This document shows positions 19,615 through 27,848 of a stretch of 64,000 nucleotides of DNA, in pieces. Location of the stretch: positions 128,001 to 192,000 of IMG/VR virus record IMGVR_UViG_3300023218_000040, one strand, 5' to 3'. The notes below the pieces were generated by a model. The model worked only from the letters and a program-made list of their open reading frames with translations, did no database searches and had not been told where the DNA came from. Each line of letters opens with the position of its first letter. Position 1 is the stretch's first letter. A program made the position numbers and the translations under genes. Origin of the DNA: a virus. Taxonomy: Duplodnaviria; Caudoviricetes.

Positions 19615-19935
19615 ATGCTAAAAGAAGAATTGGGTCCATGCCCGCTGTGCGGAATGGAGATGATTAAAGGTCAATCAATAGACCGCCATCATCTAATTCC
19701 AAAATGTAAAAAGGGAACTGAGGCAGAGTTGTGTCACGTCGTGTGCCACAGGAAGATCCACTCGACCTTATCTGAGGCCGAGCTTGATCATCATTGGCAT
19801 ACCTGGAGTCGGTTAAAGCAGCATCCGGAAATTCATAAATATATTCGATGGGTCAAGAAAAAGTTTCAGAAGAACCCGGAATACACCGACGTACATCGAG
19901 ACACGAAAGACAGAAATAGGAGGCGTAGACGGTGA
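19615..19935 (+). CDS. Small HNH-family protein
   Basis: CPLC...HHLIPK...CHVVCHRKIH. Confidence 0.75.
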   Translation: MLKEELGPCPLCGMEMIKGQSIDRHHLIPKCKKGTEAELCHVVCHRKIHSTLSEAELDHHWHTWSRLKQHPEIHKYIRWVKKKFQKNPEYTDVHRDTKDRNRRRRR

Positions 19936-20120
19936 ACAGTGATGAAGGTCTTATTTACTGCATTGGATACTGCATTGGATTGATTATCCTCGCAGTGTCA
20001 ATCGGTAACTACCTAAGTTCTGCATCGATTGGATTCATGGTTTTGGGTGGTGGAATCATCACCCCACCCATACTGTTATCGATTTTGCGATATCTCAATC
20101 GGGAGCGGACTGTCGAATAA
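19932..20120 (+). CDS. Small membrane protein
   Basis: 62 aa, two hydrophobic segments. Confidence 0.55.
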   Translation: MNSDEGLIYCIGYCIGLIILAVSIGNYLSSASIGFMVLGGGIITPPILLSILRYLNRERTVE

Positions 20121-20418
20121 GCTTAGCTACGTGGCACATGAGAGCATCCTGAGCTTTTCTCAGTTCGCCCTTAGACCATTCGTCTGGTCCTTTCTGGAAT
20201 ACACCGAGGCGATACAGGAACATCTTCATAAGCCTTTCTGCTTCGTCGTCCCATAGGTTATTATCCTGTAGAAAAGAAACCGAGGCACCGACATCACGAC
20301 CAGGGATGCGTTCTATCTCGTCGTTTAGATCAGGACGAAATTTCTTGAGTGTGTTGTAGATGGCGCACTTGGTTTCATTCAGAATAAAGTGTGCCTCCAT
20401 CAGTTGTTGTATTCTCAT
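20095..20418 (-). CDS. Hypothetical protein (possible late/virion protein)
   Basis: Coupled by TAATG to upstream small ORF; MRIQQLME N-terminus. Confidence 0.6.
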   Translation of the reverse strand: MRIQQLMEAHFILNETKCAIYNTLKKFRPDLNDEIERIPGRDVGASVSFLQDNNLWDDEAERLMKMFLYRLGVFQKGPDEWSKGELRKAQDALMCHVAKLIRQSAPD

Positions 20419-20570
20419 TATGGTGTCATTGTGGTCGGGCGAACAACTGGGAAGTGTAACACCGTTGTTCCAGCAGGAACAACCATAGCGTTAACCCCTG
20501 GTAGACTGACAATAGTCCCGCCGTTAAATTGGGGCCATAACACTTCTTTCCAAAACTCTTCTTGTGCCAT
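20418..20570 (-). CDS. 50-aa hypothetical protein not in the ORF track
   Basis: MAQEEFWKEVLWPQFNGGTIVSLPGVNAMVVPAGTTVLHFPVVRPTTMTP; fills the gap between flanking minus-strand genes with TAATG coupling. Confidence 0.5.
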   Translation of the reverse strand: MAQEEFWKEVLWPQFNGGTIVSLPGVNAMVVPAGTTVLHFPVVRPTTMTP

Positions 20571-20582
20571 GTGTTGCTACTC

Positions 20583-21410
20583 TTACTGTGAGTCAAGGAC
20601 CACTGGCCAACCATGCCATGTAGTTCCACCGTCACGAGTCCAGAACTTCAAGATGTCAGTACCTGCTGCCGTTAGAGTAGGTGGAGTTCCACCAGCCCAT
20701 TGAACTTCGGATCCCCAAGTTAATGTTCCCTGACCACCATTGGTTATTTCAACGGTCATTTCTGAACCGAATCCGGTCTTCATAGAACCGAGGGAAATTT
20801 GTGCGGTAGCAGCAGCACCAAACGTAAAAAAATGAGCCATGCCATCTGCTGGATCAAGCGTAATGTTGCCGGTTACTGTTCCGCTGTCATTAGTTTCAAA
20901 TCCAAAAGCACCCTCTATATTAACGACACCCTCATCACCAGAAGTAACATCACCACCAGCTATTGTTACATCAGCACCATCACCAGAAGTCGATCCACCA
21001 ATACCTCCAATGAGGGTTATTGCACCACCGGTACCAGTTGTTCCACCAGTACCAGCATTAACAACAAAGTTACCACCAGTTCCATTACCGTCACCATCAC
21101 CAGTAGTAATTGTTATGTTGCCACCAAGAGCCGCAGCACCAATCCCCGAACTACCAGAAGTGATGTTGATAGACCCACCAACACCTACTCCGGAACCGCC
21201 ATCTCCTCCATCTCCAGCGGTGATATTAACGTCGGCACCGGGAGACGCACCATCGGATATGCCGGGTTGAATATTGATGGTACCTCCAGCAAATCCGGTG
21301 CCACCATCACCAGTTGTGATGGTAAGATTTCCACCGGCTGCGCTACTACCATCTTGCGTGGTAACGTCACTCGGTGTGCCAAGCAAGGTAAGTGAACCGT
21401 TTACATCCAT
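20583..21410 (-). CDS. Gly/Thr-rich virion structural (fibre/decoration-like) protein
   Basis: Repeated GGxIxIxxGxG units; C-terminal V.WAGGT.PT.T..G.DI..F.T.DGG.TW.G seen in phage fibre proteins; TAAATA upstream. Confidence 0.65.
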   Translation of the reverse strand: MDVNGSLTLLGTPSDVTTQDGSSAAGGNLTITTGDGGTGFAGGTINIQPGISDGASPGADVNITAGDGGDGGSGVGVGGSINITSGSSGIGAAALGGNITITTGDGDGNGTGGNFVVNAGTGGTTGTGGAITLIGGIGGSTSGDGADVTIAGGDVTSGDEGVVNIEGAFGFETNDSGTVTGNITLDPADGMAHFFTFGAAATAQISLGSMKTGFGSEMTVEITNGGQGTLTWGSEVQWAGGTPPTLTAAGTDILKFWTRDGGTTWHGWPVVLDSQ

Positions 21411-21454
21411 TGGTTAAATCCTCGAACGTGATGAACTTAAGTATTTATCAATCC

Positions 21455-21485
21455 TTGACTTATTCACTTATATGGGATATAAATA
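21455..21485 (+). promoter_or_regulatory. Composite sigma70/late promoter for tmRNA
   Basis: TTGACT-17 nt-TATAAA overlapping T4-late-like TATAAATA (21478-21485). Confidence 0.7.
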
Positions 21486-21490
21486 AAAGT

Positions 21491-21860
21491 ACAGTTGCTT
21501 GAGCGAACACTTGAAGCTCTACGGACGGCGGTTCGATTCCGCCCATCTCCACTAAACGATGGACATAGAGTAGCAGTGAGTGTACACCGGTACTCTATTT
21601 TCATTAGCGGCAGATAACGCACAACTGCCACATCTCTGGGGATGCCCTGGTTTTGACGTGGTGATGGATGGCTAGTAGTGAGACTGTCGGGTTAGACTAC
21701 CCCCGTAAAGGTTCACCCAAAGTATCTGCAAACGATGCTGTATATGACGAGGAGGTTCTTCCTCTCGCTGCATAAGCGGGAGCCAAGAATTCCTACTGCG
21801 GCTTAACAACCCGCAACGTCCGGGGTCTAACGAGCCTTGTTACCAAAATCCTAGAAAGGG
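21491..21860 (+). ncRNA. ssrA: Circularly permuted two-piece tmRNA
   Basis: Acceptor piece first (T-arm GGCGG-TTCGATT-CCGCC, CATCTCC-A ending 21551), intervening segment, then coding piece from GGGGATG (21638); stem GGGGAUG/CAUCUCC has G3.U70 and A73; tag ORF 21728-21775 ANDAVYDEEVLPLAA*; piece boundaries approximate. Confidence 0.92.
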
Positions 21861-21881
21861 GAGCCTGTGTGCTCCCCTTTT
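21855..21881 (+). terminator. Rho-independent terminator after tmRNA
   Basis: AAAGGGGAGC-ctgtgt-GCTCCCCTTTT. Confidence 0.8.
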
Positions 21882-21926
21882 GCTTTCCGTAATATTACTC
21901 GTCAATCATTTCACCAAGAAACTTTT

Positions 21927-22307
21927 ATGCATAGTGAGTTTCAGGGATATATACTTTATGAAAAAATTAACGAGGAGACTCTAATAATGGATACAAATAG
22001 CAAGATGAGCTATGCGACTGGTCGAAAGCTCAGAATTATTGAAGAAAACATTGGAGAGGATTGGCGAAATCTTCATCCGGGGAAGTCTATTGATGCTGTG
22101 TATAATATGATTACCGGAGACAGTCGTAAGAACTTGTTCTGCAAGATCGACCCGGATATAAAGTGCAAGCTGGATGAGATGGTGGATTTCCATGATACAA
22201 AGATGGCCGAGCTTGTTGAAAAGCTGATCGAAGAGGAATATGATAGGTTTGTTATGATGCGCAATGCCAAAGTGAACGAGATGGCATCGCAGTTTGCCAT
22301 TGGTTAA
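21927..22307 (+). CDS. Hypothetical protein
   Basis: Open frame; start uncertain (21867 or 21927). Confidence 0.5.
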   Translation: MHSEFQGYILYEKINEETLIMDTNSKMSYATGRKLRIIEENIGEDWRNLHPGKSIDAVYNMITGDSRKNLFCKIDPDIKCKLDEMVDFHDTKMAELVEKLIEEEYDRFVMMRNAKVNEMASQFAIG

Positions 22308-22321
22308 CATAGGAATCAACC

Positions 22322-22567
22322 ATGTACGACATTGAGCTTTGCCCCTTTTGCGGTTCAAAAGCGTACCCAGAATTTTGTCAAGACCTGATGTTCTCATTTG
22401 TGGTGGAATGTATCAACCACAAGTGTAAGGCCCACGGCCCACGAGTGCGGGTGCCGATGGAAAAACAAGGTAGAAAGCGATGGGAGGAGTTCGCTTCTCC
22501 GTATAGAGAAGAATCAGTCTTTCGTTGGAATGATCGTGTCTCTTGTGTAGCAAAGGCAGATTGTTGA
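22322..22567 (+). CDS. Lar-family restriction-alleviation-like zinc protein
   Basis: LCPFCG...VEC...C.AHGP...A...WN-like pattern. Confidence 0.6.
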   Translation: MYDIELCPFCGSKAYPEFCQDLMFSFVVECINHKCKAHGPRVRVPMEKQGRKRWEEFASPYREESVFRWNDRVSCVAKADC

Positions 22568-22598
22568 ACTTTAGCACACTGATACCTACATTCGAGTT

Positions 22599-22997
22599 AT
22601 GGAACAACTGGTGACAGTATTTGAAGTGGATAAGCCCACGTACAACAACGTGGTCTACCCCCGTAAAGTTATCATGGCGGCTATAGAACAGTTTCAGACT
22701 CGTCTCAAAGAAAATAACGATGCGATCCCTGGTGAATGCCAGATGGTTAATGTTGATGAAATGAACCCGGGGGCGATAATGAATATCAACCTAGGTAACG
22801 TGAGCCATGTCGTGAAATATATTTGGATGGATGGTAACAAGGTTGTAGCCAAGATCATGTTGGTAGGAAAATACGCCGAGCTGGCTAAAGCGGGCGTGAA
22901 GTTTTCAGTTATTCCAAGAGCGTTAGGTAGCCTATCACGTGATGATGTGTGTGATTCCTACTCTTTGATTACACTCGATCTTCACTACACGGAATGA
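22599..22997 (+). CDS. Degenerate T4 gp21-like prohead core protease paralog
   Basis: N.VVYP....GE....INLGNVSHVV...G.....K....PRALGS...ITLD aligns by eye to gp21; the GVSSRG Ser motif is replaced by VIPRA. Confidence 0.55.
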   Translation: MEQLVTVFEVDKPTYNNVVYPRKVIMAAIEQFQTRLKENNDAIPGECQMVNVDEMNPGAIMNINLGNVSHVVKYIWMDGNKVVAKIMLVGKYAELAKAGVKFSVIPRALGSLSRDDVCDSYSLITLDLHYTE

Positions 22998-23001
22998 AAG
23001 C

Positions 23002-25164
23002 ATGCACATCAAAGAAGATATCAAGTTGGACTACTCGGACGTTCTTATTTGTCCCAAAAGGTCAACTCTTGGTAGTCGTTCTGCCGTAGAACTAATCCGA
23101 ACCTACAAATTCCGTCACGGCAAGAAATATTGGAGTGGCGTGCCTATTATGGCAGCCAACATGGATGGCGTCGGTACTTTCTCCATGGCCAAGGTGCTTC
23201 AGAAGCATGGCATGATGACAGTCATTCGAAAGCACTACACGTTGAACGATTGGCAGAAGAATGCTAATGATTTGGATTGGAACTACATTGTGGCATGCAC
23301 GGGCAGCAATGCGATCTTTGATAACGATGCAACCGACTATAAACTCCTTCATCAAGTATGCGAGCGTTGGCCAGTACGGCATATATGCATCGATGTTGCG
23401 AACGGTTACCAGGAGAACTTTGTCGAATTCGTTGAGCAAGTTCGCAACGACTTCCCTGAACATACTCTGATTGCTGGAAATGTCTGCACGCCCGAAATCA
23501 CCGAGCAGTTGATCCTGAGCGGTGCCGACATTGTGAAGGTGGGTATTGGTCCAGGATGTCTTGCTGCTGGCAGTAGAATCCTCATGTCGAATGGGTTGTA
23601 CAAAAACATTGAGGATGTACAAGCGGGTGATCGGGTAATAGTACAAAGTGGTAATGCCGCTACAGTTAACCGGCAATTCTCTACCGGATATCGACAGGTC
23701 ACTTCAGTGACAAATGGTTCTTTTCATCGACCTTTGATTCTGACGCCAGATCATCGATGTTTCTTAGGAGACCTATCATCCACTTCGAAATCTACTGTTC
23801 AGTCTCGTGGCTATCGAAAGATCTTAGAAAAGCCCACCAGAACCGGAGAATCCAAACTGCGATGGATGCCCATCGAAGATGCGGAACATACTGTAGCATT
23901 GATGCCTAAAACAATCGAATTCGAATTGCCTGATTCTTTCGATGTAGACATTTCTGAACACTTTACTCGAAACCATGAGTATAAAACTTGTGTCGAGTCT
24001 AATTATGACTTCGGATATGTACTTGGTTTCTTTCTTGGTGACGGAAATGCCAATGTTCGCACAAATCATACTGTGGATGGTGATTCCACATCCGGACAAC
24101 TGCGTTGGTATCTGAATGCCAACGACACGGTGATGATTCAGAAGCTAGTGCAAGCAATCGGCAATGTAACCGGAAAGGAACCAGTATTGGAAACGAGTGG
24201 TTCGGTTACACATGTCGTTCTGTATTCCAAACAGTGGACTGAATTCTTTGCCACATTTGGGAAGCAAGAGAAAAAGCACATCCGAGAAGAATTCATGTGT
24301 CTGAACAAAGAATACAATACCGGTCTTCTGGATGGATTGGTTGATTCTGATGGATTCACCAGTAATGATGGTCGCATCGGATTTACTAACACATCAGAAT
24401 CATTGATTGAGTTGTTCGATGTGGTTTGCTATCTGGTGCATGGTAGCTTCCCGACATCTTCGTCTAAAGGAATCTGTCATTCTGCCCTTATACCGAATAC
24501 TACGAAAGAAGCCTTCGTTAGTCGATTGAATGTTTCCCATGAGGCCCGACTGTTAGATGATTACGGTGTTGTAAAAATTCTAAACCGTACCGAACATAAC
24601 ATTGAGGTTGAGGTTTTTGATTTGGAAATCGATGACCCATCACATAGTTTCATTGCTAACAATATGATTGTTCATAATTCGGTCTGTACGACTCGCATCG
24701 TGACTGGCGTTGGCTATCCGCAGCTATCTGCGGTAATCGAGTGCGCTGACATTGCTCACCAACACAAAGGCATGGTCATCGCTGATGGTGGATGCACTGT
24801 TCCTGGTGACGTTGCCAAGGCTTTTGGTGGCGGTGCTGATTTCGTGATGCTTGGTGGTATGCTCGCTTTCCATGACGAGTCTGAAGAAGTTGATGAGTCT
24901 GATGGTACGGTGAAGTTCTACGGAATGAGCAGCAACGATGCAATGGGTCGTCATGGTGCTCGAAAGGATGGATATCGTACAGCCGAAGGTAAGGCTGTAG
25001 AGATGGAGTCCCGTGGTCCTGTGAACAACACTGTCGAGGAAATCTTGGGCGGTCTCAAGTCTACCTGCACGTATGTTGGTGCGGAGTCACTGAAGGAGCT
25101 AAGTAAGCGTACCACATTCGTACGAGTCAACCGAACTCACAACAGAGTATTTGGAGACGGGTAA
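23002..25164 (+). CDS. guaC: GMP reductase with intein
   Basis: KLDYSDVLI.PKRSTL.SR, PIMAANMDGVG, CIDVANGY, KVGIGPG-[intein]-SVCTTR..TGVGYPQLSA, IADGGC, FYGMSS, AEGK. Confidence 0.93.
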   Translation: MHIKEDIKLDYSDVLICPKRSTLGSRSAVELIRTYKFRHGKKYWSGVPIMAANMDGVGTFSMAKVLQKHGMMTVIRKHYTLNDWQKNANDLDWNYIVACTGSNAIFDNDATDYKLLHQVCERWPVRHICIDVANGYQENFVEFVEQVRNDFPEHTLIAGNVCTPEITEQLILSGADIVKVGIGPGCLAAGSRILMSNGLYKNIEDVQAGDRVIVQSGNAATVNRQFSTGYRQVTSVTNGSFHRPLILTPDHRCFLGDLSSTSKSTVQSRGYRKILEKPTRTGESKLRWMPIEDAEHTVALMPKTIEFELPDSFDVDISEHFTRNHEYKTCVESNYDFGYVLGFFLGDGNANVRTNHTVDGDSTSGQLRWYLNANDTVMIQKLVQAIGNVTGKEPVLETSGSVTHVVLYSKQWTEFFATFGKQEKKHIREEFMCLNKEYNTGLLDGLVDSDGFTSNDGRIGFTNTSESLIELFDVVCYLVHGSFPTSSSKGICHSALIPNTTKEAFVSRLNVSHEARLLDDYGVVKILNRTEHNIEVEVFDLEIDDPSHSFIANNMIVHNSVCTTRIVTGVGYPQLSAVIECADIAHQHKGMVIADGGCTVPGDVAKAFGGGADFVMLGGMLAFHDESEEVDESDGTVKFYGMSSNDAMGRHGARKDGYRTAEGKAVEMESRGPVNNTVEEILGGLKSTCTYVGAESLKELSKRTTFVRVNRTHNRVFGDG
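23557..24678 (+). mobile_element. Intein (374 aa) with LAGLIDADG endonuclease in guaC
   Basis: CLAAGSRI start, LTPDHR block B, LGFFLGDG and LDGLVDSDG, VFDLEI..HSF.AN..IVHN before +1 Ser. Confidence 0.92.
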
Positions 25165-25171
25165 TGCCCGT

Positions 25172-25315
25172 TTGAAAGATGCTTGTCCCCTTTGTGGTAA
25201 TGAGAAAGATAAGCGGTCACGGCGCTGTAAAAAGTGTTTCATGACAAAAATCAAACCAAGAAGTGGAACAGGAAACGGATGGGTGTTGCATTCCACTGGT
25301 TACATTACTGCATGA
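25172..25315 (+). pseudogene. Truncated zinc-finger/HNH homing endonuclease-like remnant
   Basis: LKDACPLCGNEKDKRSRRCKKC...GWVLHSTGYITA*; resembles the N-terminus of phage HNH endonucleases but stops before any HNH core. Confidence 0.35.
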
Positions 25316-25374
25316 TATGGATAGCGAAACAGCTAAAGAACTAAGCAAACTAGGTCATTTGGAAAGATAGGGTT

Positions 25375-25590
25375 ATGTGTCCAATTTATGAATACCGGTG
25401 TACTGTCTGTGGCCATGAGCTAGAGGAGATACAGAAATTCAGTGATGATCCACTTGTGAAGTGCCCCAAGTGCAACAAGCCAAAGTTGGAAAAGCAGATC
25501 TCACTGAGTACCTTCCACCTGAAAGGTAGCGGTTGGTACAAGAAAAAGAACACCATTGAAATCAAGAAGCACGAATCGCTCAAAGATTGA
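25375..25590 (+). CDS. FmdB-family zinc-ribbon protein
   Basis: PIYEYRC..CG...E.IQ...D.PL..CP.C....L...IS...F.LKGSGWY. Confidence 0.85.
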   Translation: MCPIYEYRCTVCGHELEEIQKFSDDPLVKCPKCNKPKLEKQISLSTFHLKGSGWYKKKNTIEIKKHESLKD

Positions 25591-25644
25591 TTTCTGAATA
25601 TTCGGTGTATACATTCATAGTGGTCAATAACGAGGACCACTATC

Positions 25645-26154
25645 ATGCGTTGGTTTCATGTTGTAGCAAAAATTTGTAAGTCTCTAGGTCTCTACCATCT
25701 TATTCTGGATAGGGAGAATAATGAGCCATATCTTCACAGATACTACTTGTTGAATACCCGTTGGCTTGATCCAATTTTTCCCAAGCTGTCCTATCGACTA
25801 GTTCTTCACAACTGTGTGAAGTCTGATATTGATGGACTGCATGATCATCCGTGGGATTGGAAATCTATGATCCTGGAGGGTGGATATTGGGAGACCCTTC
25901 CGATAGTCAACAATGACTCGATGACTGAAGATATTAAACCCCAGAAGGTTCGAAGGATTTGGCGTGGTCCGGGTAATGGTTGGCGTTCGTGCAAATCTAC
26001 TGATTATCACCGATTAGAGCTTCCGCATGAAGGTGCTGAATGTTGGTCTCTGTTCCTGATGGGTCCACGGAAGAAGGATTGGGGCTTTCAGGACCGTAAT
26101 GGAAACTGGGTTCGGTGGGATGAATACATCAACAACCGAGAGAAGTATATCTGA
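25645..26154 (+). CDS. Cupin-like hypothetical protein
   Basis: YL.RYYL...LH......LHDHPW...S.IL.GGY.E...H.LEL...W.LF..G.R...WGF. Confidence 0.55.
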   Translation: MRWFHVVAKICKSLGLYHLILDRENNEPYLHRYYLLNTRWLDPIFPKLSYRLVLHNCVKSDIDGLHDHPWDWKSMILEGGYWETLPIVNNDSMTEDIKPQKVRRIWRGPGNGWRSCKSTDYHRLELPHEGAECWSLFLMGPRKKDWGFQDRNGNWVRWDEYINNREKYI

Positions 26155-26349
26155 CATCGTTCTACTAAAGTCCCAGAAAACTCCACATCATCCAGATGAG
26201 GATTTGAGAAAACCGATTAAATACCATCGGGAGCAACTGGATAGGGTATCAAAGAGTTTGGATTCGACAGTAGCATTGGCGACGTTAGCCGTAGGTTGGA
26301 GTATTCTGAGAATAAAAAGACTAAATTCTACAGTTTCCTGGGGAAAACC

Positions 26350-26378
26350 TAGACAATCGCCCAACGCTGTGTTATAGT
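26350..26378 (+). promoter_or_regulatory. Sigma70-type promoter of the ATPase/VWA pair
   Basis: TAGACA-17 nt-TATAGT with TG extension. Confidence 0.55.
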
Positions 26379-26430
26379 ATGCCTCACGCTGACAAAATGT
26401 TTCCCGTAACAGCACACGAGGGCAGAACCA

Positions 26431-27834
26431 ATGAATGATGACAATACACCGGAGGTCGGGACCGACGGTCTAAAGGCTGCGATGGACCATGCCGTCACCC
26501 CTTCCGGGCTACTGACTTGTCTGGAGCACCTTCTGAGTAGCCGAACCACTGACGGCGGATCCAAAGAGCAGGCAGCCGTGATGGTTTGGGGTGCCATGGG
26601 CATCGGCAAGACCGACGTGGTTCGCAGCGTCGGCAAGCTGTGGGGCATGCGAATCGTGGCTCTCCACCTTCCGCAGTTCGATCCCACCGACATCAAGGGC
26701 ATCCCCGTCAAGATGGAGGACGACAAGGTGGTTTGGGTTCCGTCGAGCTACCTCCCGCAGTTCGTCACCCGGCGCATCACCGAGTCGAAGACCGCTGAGA
26801 CCATCGATTTCCACTGGCCCGCCGCCGATGGAGTCATGGTGCACGTTCGCAAGGACGGCAAGACCGTGGGTCGCTTCAACGACCAGATGAACGGCGACCT
26901 GAACAAGCTCGAACTCAATGTCGAGATCAACGAGGGTGAAGTCACGGTCAGCGGTAAGGATCTTCAGGGTCTGGAGATCGAGGTCGTGGACAAGGCCATT
27001 ATCTTCCTGGACGAGTTGAGCGCTGCGGTGCCCGAGGTCCAGAACGCTGCCCTCCAGCTTGTGCTGGACCGCCGGGTGGGCGAGTACGACGTGCCGCCCT
27101 TCACGCCCATCGTCGCCGCCGGTAACCGGGAGTCGGACGCTGCGTTCGTAAGCCCGATGTCGGCTCCGCTGTGCAACCGCTTCGTCCACCTTCGCCTCGT
27201 GCCGAGCCTGGACGACTGGTTGGAGTGGGCGATGCTCAACCGGGTCCACCACGAAATCCTGGGCTACCTTCAGTGGAAGAAGAGCGGTCGCCTCTTTCAG
27301 TTCAACGCCGACTCGATGACCGAGGGTGACTGCGGATTCCCGACGCCCCGTTCGTGGTCGAAGCTCTCCGAGCAGATGCACGGCATCCACAGGTTGCCCA
27401 AGGCAGTGCAGGATTCCATCATCACCGGCTTCGTCGGAAAGGCTGTCGGTCACGAGTTCATCCAGTATCGTGAGGTCTGCGAGCTACTGCCGAGCACTGA
27501 CGATATTCTTCAGGGTAAGAACGTGGAAATCTCGGATGCTCTCGACGTGGGTGCGAAGTACGGTCTGGCGACGGCACTGTGCTACGCCATCAAGGAATAC
27601 TTTGACAAATACTACGACGAGAGCATCAGTGACGTAGAAAAGCAGCCTGATGAGTGGCGCACGGCGACCAAGGCGTTCTGTAACTTCATCGACCAGCACC
27701 TGGGTCGGGAGATGACGGTGCTCTGCGTGCACATCGTGTCGAAGCACCTGGGTATCTCCTTCACCACGTTCCGTGGCACGGAGTTCCAGGGCTTCGCCAA
27801 GAAGTACCGCACCATCCTCCGCAAGACCGTTTAA
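26431..27834 (+). CDS. MoxR/dynein-like AAA+ ATPase
   Basis: GAMGIGKT (Walker A), D.TDIKGIP, IIFLDE (Walker B), AAGNR, PLCNRF, FPTPRSW. Confidence 0.85.
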   Translation: MNDDNTPEVGTDGLKAAMDHAVTPSGLLTCLEHLLSSRTTDGGSKEQAAVMVWGAMGIGKTDVVRSVGKLWGMRIVALHLPQFDPTDIKGIPVKMEDDKVVWVPSSYLPQFVTRRITESKTAETIDFHWPAADGVMVHVRKDGKTVGRFNDQMNGDLNKLELNVEINEGEVTVSGKDLQGLEIEVVDKAIIFLDELSAAVPEVQNAALQLVLDRRVGEYDVPPFTPIVAAGNRESDAAFVSPMSAPLCNRFVHLRLVPSLDDWLEWAMLNRVHHEILGYLQWKKSGRLFQFNADSMTEGDCGFPTPRSWSKLSEQMHGIHRLPKAVQDSIITGFVGKAVGHEFIQYREVCELLPSTDDILQGKNVEISDALDVGAKYGLATALCYAIKEYFDKYYDESISDVEKQPDEWRTATKAFCNFIDQHLGREMTVLCVHIVSKHLGISFTTFRGTEFQGFAKKYRTILRKTV

Positions 27835-27848
27835 CGAGAGATCATCTC

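Noticed and set aside
26509-27453. 314-aa minus-strand ORF and other overlapping ORFs in the ATPase gene
   Set aside because: Shadow ORFs opposite a motif-rich AAA+ gene
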